From: Felis catus
Lineage: Eukaryota
Direction of reading: 5' to 3'
DNA: 64,000 nt
Assembly (NCBI RefSeq): GCF_018350175.1
Contig: NC_058372.1
Span: 14,632,001 to 14,696,000 of the forward strand
Position numbers and translations under genes: made by a program. Numbering within the stretch: the stretch's first letter is position 1; each line of letters opens with the position of its first letter. Positions 1 to 12,765 of this stretch are shown in pieces. The notes below the pieces were generated by a model. It had not been told where the DNA came from, made no database searches, and saw nothing but the letters and a program-made list of their open reading frames with translations.

Positions 1-465
1 TAACCTGATTTACCCCACAAATGCTCAACTGTTGGCTCGGCCTATCGCTGGAAATTTTCCACGGCCTCATTTAGTTCGGGCGGGAGACCACACGTATTCG
101 CGAAGACAAGCCCCTGGCGCCGACTCTCCCTGCGATAACTGGACGCCTTCTGGCTTCGCTGCCCTAACAGCAAAAATAAAACAAACAAACAAACAAAAAA
201 GCCCTTTCCCCCGACATGTGATGAGCCACCGCGGTAACACAACCTTCGCTTGTGATTTCGGTTACTCGGCTGCTCTCGGGAGCTGTGAAACTTCCCAGAA
301 CAACGTTTTGTGAAAGTCACATAGGAGCCCCACGGGCAGCTGTAGAGGAAAGTAAGGAAGGAGAGGAGAAGGAGTCCAATAATACCTCACAAAACCTGAC
401 CCTGGATGTGGGCTTCCTGACTGCAGACCGTTTTCCTTGCCCGTTATCATATATATACATATATA

Positions 466-652
466 ATTTTTTTTTTTGAGAGAGAGAGAGAGAGAGAGCA
501 GAGGAGAGGGACAGAGGGAAAGAAAGAATCCCAAGCAAACTCCCTGCTCGGTGCAGAGCCCAAGGCGGGGCTCGATCCCACGACCCTGGGATCGTGACCT
601 GAACTGAAATCAAGAGTCAGACCCTCAACCAACTGAGCCACCCAGGCGCCCC
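466..652 (-). mobile_element. CanSINE (SINEC), older type
   Basis: Reverse complement of ggggcgcctgggtggctcag head, (CT)n and A-tail. Confidence 0.9.
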
Positions 653-689
653 AGCTTCCCACAAAACCATGCGGAGTAGACGAGACAGG

Positions 690-810
690 CATCATTAACT
701 CCATTTTACTGATAAGGAAGTTGACACCTTGAGAGTTTCTGAATTGCCCAAAAGTCGCCCAGGGTACAACAAACATGGGAGAAGAAAAATCCAGGTTTTC
801 TGACTCCTGG
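690..810 (-). mobile_element. MIR fragment
   Basis: ccattttactgataaggaa...ttgccca...tctgactcc. Confidence 0.55.
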
Positions 811-984
811 ATCAATCTTTTGAAGCACCTTACCAAGCTGCTCTTGAAAGAAAGCAGTGGACAAAGAGGTGAGACAGGGAAGATGACTGAGGTAATCAGA
901 AATGTGCAGCAGCCAGATAGAAGAGTTACAGCACCTAGACCGCCCCCAGCTCTCCTTCCTCCCTCTGCCCAGTGTGTCTGGCAA

Positions 985-1145
985 NNNNNNNNNNNNNNNN
1001 NNNNNNNNNNNNNNNNNNNNNNNNNNNNNNNNNNNNNNNNNNNNNNNNNNNNNNNNNNNNNNNNNNNNNNNNNNNNNNNNNNNNNNNNNNNNNNNNNNNN
1101 NNNNNNNNNNNNNNNNNNNNNNNNNNNNNNNNNNNNNNNNNNNNN
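985..1145. other. N-run (161 nt)
   Basis: Seen directly; flanked by MIR/L2-like sequence. Confidence 0.99.
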
Positions 1146-1192
1146 GAAACAGACCCAGAGAGGTGCTTTGCTCAAGATCACACGGTTAGTTA

Positions 1193-1414
1193 GGGGCGCC
1201 TGGGTGGCTCAGTCGGTTAAGCGTCCGACTTCGGCTCAGGTCACGATCTCGAGGTCCGTGAGTTCGAGCCTCGCGTCGGGCTCTGGGCTGACGGCTCAGA
1301 GCCTGGAGCCTGCTTCCGATTCTGTGTCTCCCTCTCTCTCTGCCCCTCCCCCGTTCATGCTCTGTCTCTCTCAGTCTCAAAAATAAATAAACGTTAAAAA
1401 AAATTTTAAAAAAA
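1193..1414 (+). mobile_element. CanSINE (SINEC_Fc-like) inserted in a MIR
   Basis: Full head-(CT)n-A tail; ~19-bp TSD aagatcacaYggttaRtta. Confidence 0.95.
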
Positions 1415-2828
1415 AAGATCACATGGTTAATTAGTAACACAGTCAGGACTAGAGCTTAAAATGCAACTCCTCTTCTGACTCTCAATACAGACTACATACT
1501 GTGCTCCTCTTCATGAGAAGGGCAGCATAGAATTTGGCTAGTTTTGCTGATGTCCTTTTCCCCCGTGTTTTCTGTTACCCCATGCCTCCTCTCTTTGTTC
1601 TAGAATGAGCTTGACAGTGTATGCATATTGCCTGGGTGAAGGTAAAAGATGCAAGAACAAAGTCACTCATAGGGTATTCAAGGTGCCAGACACGTATTTT
1701 TGTGGGGGGCAGGCAACTGTCCATGTAACTTTTTGAGCCACCCAAAACCAACACATCAGTGACACCGGCATGGTGGGCCAACCTCATACGATTCTGAGAA
1801 AGGAAGACTGCTCCAGCCAGTGGAAGCAATTTTCTCACCAAGCTACCCTTCTCGAATCAGAGCCCCACACTGGGAGCCTTGCGTAATCCTGGAAGTGGGA
1901 GGTCTAGGACCCCTCAGCTATCTGGTAGACCTCCACATGGAGCAAAGGGTCAGACAGTGCTCCAAGGGAGAGAAATGGGGATGGGACCCACCCACCTTTT
2001 AAGAAGACATTTCAAGGCACAGGCCTCCGCGAGGTGAAGGACCTGGGGCGGGGTTCTCTTCATCCAAGTCAAAGGGCAGTCCTGTTCCAGACCACAGGGG
2101 TGGGGGAACTCGATACATCCTTGGGAGACTCGGGGCATGAACGTGTGATGATACAAAGGCAAGTTTTCCTCACCCTGGGCAGGATAAAGATTTCTGGGCT
2201 GGAGGAGGGAGAGGGAAGTTGAAAGGAAGGGGAAGAAAGATGAGACGCTAAAGGGTTCCGAGTTCTATTCAGCCCTGGGGAAGAAACCGCCCCCAGTTAC
2301 AGAGAGGATTTGCCCTGGGCCTAGGGCAAGCCCCCATGGGTAGCAATTCCCACCTCAGTCTCCATCGGATTCCGCCATTCCTGGCGAGGTAAGGAACGGA
2401 AGAAATACCCGTCGAGTGTATCGAGACGGGTGGGCTCGAGGCACCCCTCAGGAGCCCTCCGTCAGGGATGACTGGGACCAGTGCTGTGTTTTCTGTGCTC
2501 TCAAGAGTGGTGGAGGTATGGTCGAGAGGGAGACACACAGAGACAGAGAGACAAAGAGACAGAGACAGAAGACCCTAGCAGGTTTTGTCATCAGAAATGA
2601 GTGCGTCCCAGCAGGAGACACGGTTCAGGAAGAAAGGCATCTCAGCCAAGGCCAGACGGGAGGCTTGGGCAAAGGTGACTTCCTGCCCTCCCACCCCCTA
2701 CTCTCCAGTGTTGGGTGCCCTCCTGGAGAACACACGCCGCCATGACAACAGAGAGGAGGACCCCGATCTGGCTAAGAGTAAGTTTTCACCACTTGGCTAA
2801 CTGAGGGCTCAAAATAGAAATTACACGG

Positions 2829-3047
2829 GGGGCGCCTGGGTGGTTCAGTTGGTTAAGCGTCCGACTTCGGCTCAGGTCATGATCTCGCGGTCCGTGAGTT
2901 CCAGCCCTGCATCGGGCTCTGTGCTGATGGCTCAGAGCCTGGAGCCTGTTTCAGATTCTGTGTCTCCCTCTCTCTCTGCCCTTCCCCCGCTCATGCTCTG
3001 TCTCTCTCTGTCTCAAAAATAAACATTAGAAAAGAAAAGAAAAGAAA
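2829..3047 (+). mobile_element. CanSINE (SINEC_Fc-like)
   Basis: Full element; TSD agaaattacacgg. Confidence 0.95.
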
Positions 3048-5449
3048 AGAAATTACACGGTTACCAAACACCAAAGAGGAAATTTTAAAAACTACATCGT
3101 TTCCACCTCTCACGTTTCGGTTTAGCTTCGCGTCTAATACCAGAGGCTCAAGAGAAAAGTAACAACCAAAGTTCTGGAGATTGAGAACAGACATGGGCTT
3201 CAGGGAGCCACTGTGTCTTCTAGACAAGGGTGATGGCTGGGCAGAAAAAAATGGATCCTGGGGATCCCTAGGTGTCTTTTTTTTTTTAACCTCAGGATCC
3301 TCGGTCCTGGTCTCTGGAATGTCCTGGGGTCTCCATTCTGTCACCCTCATGCCAGACTCCTACAAACGAGGATGTGAAAAGCATATCCAAATGCTTTCGA
3401 GCATCTCTCCTCAGGTTTATAAGTAACACCAACTGGTGTAACACCAACCAGCCTTGAAGGCTGTGGGGTCATTGGCTTTGTTCTAGTCTTGACAGGTGTG
3501 AGGCAGGAAGCCAATGCCCGGGCACCCTGGCCCACCTTGACCTCTGCTAAAGGGAGCCCTGGTCCTTGTCCCCCAGCGGGTAGGTTCACGGGAGGTTCTT
3601 GCACCCGGCATGATGTCACTGGTGCCCGGCAAGGGCGGGGGACTCCCTCTCGAGGAACCTGCTGAACTCATTTCACAACCTGACGTGAACCGTGCCACCT
3701 TCCGCTGTTTTCGGCAGTGAGGACATCCTTGTTTCCTCATGAAAGAGCCTGGGTCATCCGAGGACACTTCTAGCAGCCATTCCGGCTGGCCTTCAACTTT
3801 GTGTCACCCAGTTCCCCGCGTTCCCTCCAGGAGCGACAGCCGTCTCGTCACTGCGACAAATGCGTCGTCACTGAACTACTCAGGAGGAGTAAAAAAAAAA
3901 ATCGTTGTAATCTGCTAAATGATGCCTCGATCCCCCGTTGCCCTTTCAGAAAGGAAGAACGCAACTAAATACCCCACCAGGGCTTAACCTGAGCTTACCC
4001 GAAAGAAACAAATCTTTTAAAGAAAACGAAAGTGTGACACGAACCGGCCACACCTGTAAATATGTAATCGGCATGTAGAGAACCTGTCTCCAAAGTCAGG
4101 TTTAGGGGAACAGCGTTGCAATCTACGAGCAATTAAGTCAGATCACCTGCTCATTATGTGTATGGAAGTTGTACTAGGAGAAGCGTGGCGAGTCGCATCA
4201 CGTCGAGGGGTTTATCAAGTCGCCTGGAGTCACTTAGGAAGCGGATCTGGATACCTCCACTAATTCCCAGCACCACCCGGGGTTCAGTGGGATGTGTAAA
4301 AAGAATATACTAACTGTCTTCACCCTCACATAAATGACCGTCTGATTTAGGAGTCAAGGTCTTCCCCGCAGGCAACAGTTGGAGAACAATACCAAAAAAA
4401 TTATCATAATTAGTAAACATAATAACAATGGTGGGTGTCATGCATTACATCCCAGGGCCTTTGGTGAGCGTTGGACATATGTTATCTCATGAAATCCTTA
4501 GGACACCAGGCAAGTGCCGTTATTAGATGGCTTTTATGGAACTGGAGGTTGAGAAGTCTGATCTGGCCCAAGGTCCTGTGGTCAGGAGGACAGACTGGAA
4601 CTCAGGTCTGCTTAACTTCAGAGCTCTTAAGCCCTCGCCGGTTCTGTGCATGCGTCGGTGAGAGGAGACAGCGGTGCGGTGGTTCAGAGAACACACGGCA
4701 CCGAGCTCCAGACAAAGAAGGCCACGGGGTGCCACGAATGCCCCAATCCTGGCCTGAACTGGGACCAAGGTAGAGAGGAATCTCCAGCAGCTGGGCTCGG
4801 CTTTGGCAATGTGGGACAGCCTGGACCTCCAATCCCACATCTGGCGGACCGAGACCAGAAAGGTAAGCAAATTTGCAATATCACACAGTTCCCCGAGTTG
4901 TGAAAGATGGTGAGTAAACAAGATGGCGTCCAACTCTGGTCTTGAGGAGAGGGGTCAAAGGAGGACACAGAACAGTTCAGGGCACAACCTGAATTCTAGA
5001 AGCTTATCTCCTCTGCAAGAACTTCTGTGGTTGCATGTGTGCACCTTGAGTATCATCAGATGGGCACAGTCTGTGACACCCAACACCCCTTGGGAGAGGC
5101 ACATTTCACCTGCTCTGTGGATGGATGCTAAGGTTCCACACTTTTCCACCCAAGGCCTTAAACTCTCTTGAGGTAACCCAGATCTCAACGATATGTGAAA
5201 TAAATACAGCGTCGCATCTCAGTTGTGTGAAACCAGACTCTGAGAACCTGTCCTGTCTTAGGGAGGTAAGAAGTGAGCCTAAGAGATAAAGATGGGGGGG
5301 GGGAGGGGGCCGAGCATAATTCTACGGAAGGGTGACAGATGTGAATCCAGGAGACCAGATACTCTTTCTCTTTGTCACAAACTCACTTACTCATTTAGCG
5401 GGAAAAACATCCAAGGAAAATGCTTCTGGGAACTTTGAGACAAATTTCT

Positions 5450-5655
5450 TTCTTTTTGTAGTGTTTATTTATCTTTGAGAGACAGAGCGTGAGCGGGGGA
5501 AGGGCACAGAGAGAGAAGGAGACACAGAATCGGAAGTGGGTTCCAGGCTCTGAGCTGCCAGTGCAGAGTCCGACGTGGGGCTCCAACTCTGAATGGCAAG
5601 ATCATGACCTGAGCCAGAGTCAGGTGCTCAACCGACTAAACCACCCAGGTGCCCC
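5450..5655 (-). mobile_element. CanSINE
   Basis: Full element; TSD agacaaaYttct. Confidence 0.92.
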
Positions 5656-6203
5656 AAGACAAACTTCTAAGTACAATTCCAGCATCCTCCAGAGCATGGC
5701 ATATCCATACTAAAAGCAATCTCCATATCGTCATACTACCATAGTATCAACAGACGATGTGCTAATAATCTGCATGTGTTTTCTTATCTGATGTCCTGAT
5801 ACCTCTAGGAAGTAGGCATTCTGCCCCTCGTCTGCAGGTGAGGAACGAAGGAGAGACAAAGGCCCTAAGTAAGCAACCCAGAGTCAAATGGCTGGGGGAA
5901 CGCGGAACCCAAAGCCTTTGCTCTTGACCGGCTGTGATGGCGGTACAATTATCAAGTCACTTTGCTCCTTCTTTGCATAATGAGCCGCGTCCAAGATGAA
6001 ACAAGGTTGGGTTGCACACGTGACGCCTTTGCCGAGTGGGATGAGTTGTTAACACATACAACTTAGTATCTGTTCTTAAGAATTTCCCTTCCAAGCTGCA
6101 AGACCGACACCAGCAACACGGAGGAAAAATCTAATACGGAGCATTTAAGTAAGAGTTAGAAAGTAGGTGTTTAGAGTCTGTAGCTTTTTTTTTTTCTAAA
6201 TCC

Positions 6204-6420
6204 TTTTTTTTTTCAATGTTTATTTATTTTTGAGAGAGAGAGAAAGAGAGAGAGAGAATGGGGGAGGGGCAGAGAGAGAGGGAGACACGGAATCCGAAGC
6301 AGGCTCCAGTCTCTGAGCCATCAGCACAGAGCCCGACGCGGGGCTCGAACTCACGGACCTCGAGATCGTGCCCTGAGCTGGAGCTGGGCGCTTAACTGAC
6401 TGCACCCCCCCAAGTGCCCC
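6204..6420 (-). mobile_element. CanSINE
   Basis: Full element, diverged head. Confidence 0.9.
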
Positions 6421-7207
6421 TGAAATGTTTTTTTCTGTCTATACGACTCGCCTTGTTATTCTTTCAACAGTCTTTTCCTGAGAGCAGAAGTTCTTAAGTT
6501 TGAGGAAGTCCGTTATGTTTTATGGTTTGTTTTTTAGGTTGTTTGTTGTAACTAAGAAAGTCTTGTCCTAAACCAAAGTCACAAAGGTTTCATCCTATAT
6601 ATTTTTTAAAAAGTTCAATAGTTTAATGGTTCTTTATTTAGGCCTGTGGCATTCGTTTTGAGTAAGCTTTTTTTTTTTTGCTGTCATGTGAGATATGGAT
6701 CAAAGTTAATTTTTTATGTTACATATGAATAACCAATTGTTCCAGTACCTTCGCAGGGGGAGAAGAGTTTCCTTTCTCTACTGAATGTGCTTGGCACTTT
6801 TGTAGTAAAAAACTGACTGGCTGTATATTTGGATCTGTTTTGGAGTCTTCTTCTTTCCTGGTCTATTTGTCTATCATAATGCCAATATCTTAATTTCTAT
6901 AGCTTTATAATAAATCCTAGAGTCAGGTGGCCTAAGTCTTCCAAATTTCCTCTTCTTTTTCAAAGTTGTTTGGGCCATTCTAGGTCATTTGCATTTACAT
7001 ATGAATTTTAGGACCCAGTTTGTCAACTTGAACCAAAAAACAAGTTTTCTGAGATTTTGATTAGGAATGAACTGAATCGACTCGTTGGGACACCAGGGTG
7101 GCTCTGTCGGTTGAGCATCCAACTCTTTATATCAGCTCAGGTCATGATCTCATGGTCATGGGATCAAGCCCCGCATCGGGTTCCAGGCTGAGTGTGGAAC
7201 CTGCTTG

Positions 7208-7250
<43 letters not shown>

Positions 7251-7770
7251 GTCTCTCTCTCTGTCTTGTGCCCCCCTCTCCCCTCCCCCCCACCCCTCTC
7301 TCCTGCTTGTATTCTCTCTCTCCCTAAAAATAAATGAAATGAAAACAAATTTAAAGAATAAAGCTTATTTCTATATTTTGCCCTGTATGTATAAATTTGA
7401 TTAACTAATTTGTTATTTCTAGCCGCTATTTCCTTAGGATTCCTTAGGATTTTCTAGGTATACAATCACGTCATTTGTGTCTAAGGACAGGTTATGTCTT
7501 CTTTTCCAATACTTCCACCTTTTGCTTCTTTCTTTTGCCTACTACAGCGGCCAGGACCTCCAGTGCAACATTGAATAGGGGTGACAAACGCAGGTAATTT
7601 TGTACCATCTCCTATCTTAAATGCAACGTGTTCAATAGTTCTCTAAGGATGATGTTAGCTGTAAGCCTTTTGTCTTTGCCCTTTTTCAGACTTAAGAGGT
7701 TCCCTTCTTATTTCGCTAAAAGTTTTTGTCTATAAATGGTTGTTGAATTTTGTGAAATGTCTATTTTGTG
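6421..7770 (-). mobile_element. Ancient L1 (L1M) ORF2-region fragment, split by a SINE
   Basis: Typical antisense L1 motifs: ccaattgttccagtacc, ttctttttcaaagttgtttgggccattctagg, ggattttctaggtatacaatcacgtc, gacctccagtgcaacattgaatagg. Confidence 0.8.
7087..7352 (+). mobile_element. CanSINE with expanded (CT)n, inserted in L1M
   Basis: Head gggacaccagggtggctctgtcgg, long (CT)n, A-rich tail. Confidence 0.9.
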
Positions 7771-8054
7771 AATTACCTATTGTTACTTGCGTTTGAACGT
7801 AAGTTCCGCACATCTCTGCCAGCTGTCAAGTGTAGTCTCCCAGGCAAATTTGCTGACCGTCACAGCATGAAGCTGGGTTCCTAAGACATGACCGAAATGT
7901 GACATTTCCTGACAGCTGTACTTTTGTATGGCAGCTTCCGTTTTCACTCAGTACTCTTCATTATGGGAATGTTCTTAATTTTGAGGCAAATTATTCTAGA
8001 ATTACATATCTCGCTATTAGAAGTAGTTACTACAGAGTTCCTTTTACTTATCCC

Positions 8055-8270
8055 TTTTTTTTTAATGTTTTTATTTATTTTTGAAGGAGAGGGAGAGACA
8101 AAGCGTGAGCAGGGGAGGAACAGAGAGAGAGGGAGACACAGAATCCGAAGCAGGCTCCGGGCTCCGAGCCGTCAGCACAGAGCCCGACGCGGGGCTCGAA
8201 CCCACGAACTGTGAGATCATGACCTGAGCCGAAGTCAGACGCTCAACTGACCGAGCCACCCAGGCACCCC
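8055..8270 (-). mobile_element. CanSINE (SINEC_Fc-like)
   Basis: Full element. Confidence 0.93.
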
Positions 8271-9919
8271 ACCTATCACATTGCTTGAGACAAATGTAGC
8301 CCAAAGCCCCAGAACTTGGCTCCTGTATCAGACTCAATTCACAATCTGAATCAGCAACGTAGGAAGTGTGCAGGCCCTTGCACTGTAACAAACGCCATGC
8401 AGCCAAGAAAGGAAATGAAGCATCTCAAAGCCTGAGATGTGCCATGGGGCATCCAAATACCGTGTTCTCTGCGGGGCCACCTGACCAAACCACACGCATT
8501 AGGGGGCGGTTCGAAAAGGAAGTTATGTCCCTGCCGGACTATATTTGGCTAGAAAAAACAACTACCTCATCCCCAAGGATTGCTAAAACCTCCTTATACT
8601 CTTCCCTTAACCATTGCGCCCAGTGTCCAACGGTGATGCCCATCATGTCAGCAGACATGACATTTAAATGCTTGGACCCAAGCCTTAAGAGTTAGCTTTT
8701 TCCCTCTGCAGCTTTGTACCTAATCTTTCCCCCCTTGTTTTTTGTTTTTTGTTTTTTCCACTTCCAGACTTTTCTGTCAGCTCAACGTACCAAGCGTATG
8801 TAGAAAGTAACTTTTGTCGATGACGACAACGTAACATATGCTCCAACTAGACTTTTCTGCATGATCCACTAGGTAACATTCTCATTACAATGACACACCC
8901 AAACCTCCAACTACTCTGAAAGAAGCATTCTTTTGAAACGATCTTCAGGGCCAAGTCACCCATAAAAACCAGTGTTGGCACTTTAGCCTGAATTTTGTGC
9001 CCAGTGAGACAACCTTGCAAAACCAAAGGGAGCCGGGGGTCATATAAGTTTAGGAAGCACGGCATATGAGTCCATCCGCCTGGAAATTCACAAGACACAT
9101 TTGCATATCAAAAGCTCTCCCTATACCCTTGCATCTAGCATATTGCCCTTGGTTTATTGGACCTATGGAAAGTATCGTTTTGTTTTGGTATGATTTGGCT
9201 GGCTCACGCCTTTTAACCGTCATTCCACAAAATACACTTGGACACTGTCGCCTTCCCTTCCGTGTTCATTAGTACCCTATACGTACTCAGCTCTGCATCC
9301 TTTGAAAAGGGCCTCTCTCAGGGGGCCAATCAACACTGGGTTATCACAAACATCCGTCAAAACCCTTTAGTCTGACCGTGCCCTTGTAGCTGCATGGACG
9401 GTAAGGCACCCTTTGGAAAAGGATCACATTTAGCTCTGACCTGGCTTGATCATTGAAGGAAGTTGGGGGTGGAAGGAAAATAAATTGCAGGGGGAAGAAC
9501 AGATAGGATGAGGGCAGGGGGAACAAGGAGAGAGGGGGCAGGGGGGAGGAACCATAAGCGCACCGACTGTAGAGGAGGAACACTGCCTTTGTGGGAAACT
9601 GCGTGGTCATTCCTGAGGCATGTGTGGGCCTTCGCCCACAATGGGGCCAATAGCCTCTTTAGGAAGGTGATTCATGTGGCTCATTCTTCCCTTTGGTGTG
9701 TGCAAATCATTCCCATCGTGGGCACTGGGGTGCTAATTCTTTTGCCTCTTCCGCCATCTTTTTCTTTTGGAGTCTTGGGGTGATTTCGTTGAGTTTTTAT
9801 TGACAACTCATTTTCTTAAATATGAAACTTCCTGACTCATCCTAGTCTGTTTTAATTTTTTTTTTCTACATCTCAGTGTTGTTTCCTCTGGATAGAGACT
9901 CATGAGTTTAAGGTCTAGA

Positions 9920-10120
9920 CCAGTGCCATCCAATAAACGTATTGCCATGTGGAAGTGTTCTATATTTGGGCTGTCCAATATGGCGACCACCGGCCACATG
10001 GGGCCATTGGTGACTTGAAATGTGACTACTGTGGCTGACACACTGAAATTTTCATTTTAATGAATTTAAAGTCAAGTAAGTCAACATGGCCAGTGGCTAC
10101 CATATTAGAGAATAGATCTG
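9920..10120. mobile_element. MER3-like hAT-Charlie non-autonomous DNA transposon
   Basis: gctgtccaatatggcgaccaccggccacatgggg...cttgaaatgtgact...gtggctaccatatt. Confidence 0.75.
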
Positions 10121-10170
10121 GATGCTAGACCCTTGAGGAGGAAAGAAATAATCTTTGTGTTGTTTTTTTA

Positions 10171-10430
10171 NNNNNNNNNNNNNNNNNNNNNNNNNNNNNN
10201 NNNNNNNNNNNNNNNNNNNNNNNNNNNNNNNNNNNNNNNNNNNNNNNNNNNNNNNNNNNNNNNNNNNNNNNNNNNNNNNNNNNNNNNNNNNNNNNNNNNN
10301 NNNNNNNNNNNNNNNNNNNNNNNNNNNNNNNNNNNNNNNNNNNNNNNNNNNNNNNNNNNNNNNNNNNNNNNNNNNNNNNNNNNNNNNNNNNNNNNNNNNN
10401 NNNNNNNNNNNNNNNNNNNNNNNNNNNNNN
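10171..10430. other. N-run (260 nt) over the HNRNPA1 pseudogene 3'UTR
   Basis: Seen directly. Confidence 0.99.
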
Positions 10431-10513
10431 GAGTCTGTTGTAACCTGTAGCTTCCCTGTCACTTTTCTGGCTCTCTTCTCCTGCTAAGCTTTGCTGCCCG
10501 GTAGTAATTAAAA

Positions 10514-10643
10514 NNNNNNNNNNNNNNNNNNNNNNNNNNNNNNNNNNNNNNNNNNNNNNNNNNNNNNNNNNNNNNNNNNNNNNNNNNNNNNNNNNNNNNN
10601 NNNNNNNNNNNNNNNNNNNNNNNNNNNNNNNNNNNNNNNNNNN
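10514..10643. other. N-run (130 nt) over the HNRNPA1 pseudogene C-terminal coding segment
   Basis: Seen directly. Confidence 0.99.
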
Positions 10644-10645
10644 GT

Positions 10646-10789
<144 letters not shown>

Positions 10790-10826
10790 TCACCCACCGA
10801 TGTTTCCTCCGCAACCAAAGTTGTCA

Positions 10827-11075
<249 letters not shown>

Positions 11076-11090
11076 TCAAAATAATTTCTT

Positions 11091-11553
<463 letters not shown>

Positions 11554-12399
11554 TCAAAATGGCGCCTCAGGCTCTCCTCCATTGTTTCTAAAAGTCAAGC
11601 CACCAACAAAAGGCTTCTGCAGCCATTAAGGCTCTTTGGGAGACTCTGACTTAGAACAGCGGTGGGAGATGAGACTTTAATGATGCTTACTTCGCAGTAT
11701 CCATGAGCAGCAAGGAAGAAATGATCTTTATGATACAGCATTGGGATGGCTACACCACCTTCTGAATGCTGTAAAATCTGCTAAACCTACTAACCTTTCC
11801 CGTAATTTTAGACTAACTCATACATGCCATAGTAAGTCTGAAGATAGCATCGTTTTCTGCAGTATCCATGTTTTTATGTATACAGACACTGTTTCTCCTA
11901 ATTACTTGACTTTTAAGATATCTAGGAGGCTATGTGTGTAGTAAATGTAAAAGGCTTTGAAGTTAGATGGACCTGGGTCAGAATCCTCATTCTGCCACTT
12001 ACAATCTCTAATAACCCTTTACCCGCTTTCCATCTTCAAGGTTGCAGAGGGACGTGCCATATTCCTATGATGTGGCCTTCCTCCCCTCTCTCCCGGGCAC
12101 AGTTGAGTTGTCTAGACAAGACAGGTAGCCCAAACCGGGCCAACTTGTCCTCTCCCTGGGAAATTTGGAAGAGAGATTGAGAGAGAGAGAGAGAGAGAGA
12201 GAGGAAGAGAGAGCGAAAAATCAGATGCTTCGGGTGGCTGAATCTATACCATTAACGTTGCTTACTGTTGGTTTCCTTGTTTTCACATATGGACCACAGA
12301 CTTCAAGGGAGCCGGTGTGCAAAAGAGAAGAACTATGCAGACAGGCAGAATGGGGCACAAATAAGAGTGGAACAAGGACAGTGACCGTCACTTGCCTCT

Positions 12400-12765
12400 G
12401 TGTCACACATGGCACTGCTCACCAGTACCTGGTTCTCCTCTCCTTTCTGGCCAAGAAAGGATTACATTTCTCCAGCATTTCGGCAGGGCCATGTGACTAG
12501 AAGCAACACGTTGTAGTTTCATGGCCATAGACAGTGAAAATCTTCTGTGAGATTCTTCAGGCTCTCGCTTCCTCCACTGGGGCAAGTTAAGAAACCTAGT
12601 GCTGTGACGGCAGATCCAACAGCATCAAAGAAGCTTGAGTCTCTGAGTCACCACACAAAGGACAACCGCCCTGAAGAACCACCCAAACCTGCAGCCTAGG
12701 GGCAATAACGTTTGCTGTCTTAAGCCACTGAGATTTTGAGGGTATTACGGCAGCATAACTTGGCT
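12400..12765 (+). mobile_element. MaLR (MLT1J/K-like) solo LTR
   Basis: gggccatgtgactag...gtctctgagtcaccac...ttaagccactgagatttt...gcagcataac. Confidence 0.65.

Noticed and set aside
1193-1270. tRNA genes (A/B-box-like heads)
   Set aside because: They are the tRNA-derived heads of CanSINEs, followed by (CT)n, A-tail and TSD.
447-1386. 244-aa and 203-aa ORFs
   Set aside because: Length comes from reading through N-runs and SINE/MIR sequence.
1600-1850. Cys-containing frame (MSLTVYAYCLGEGKRCKNK...) as a ribosomal or zinc-ribbon pseudogene
   Set aside because: No convincing match to any protein I recall; no poly(A) or TSD.
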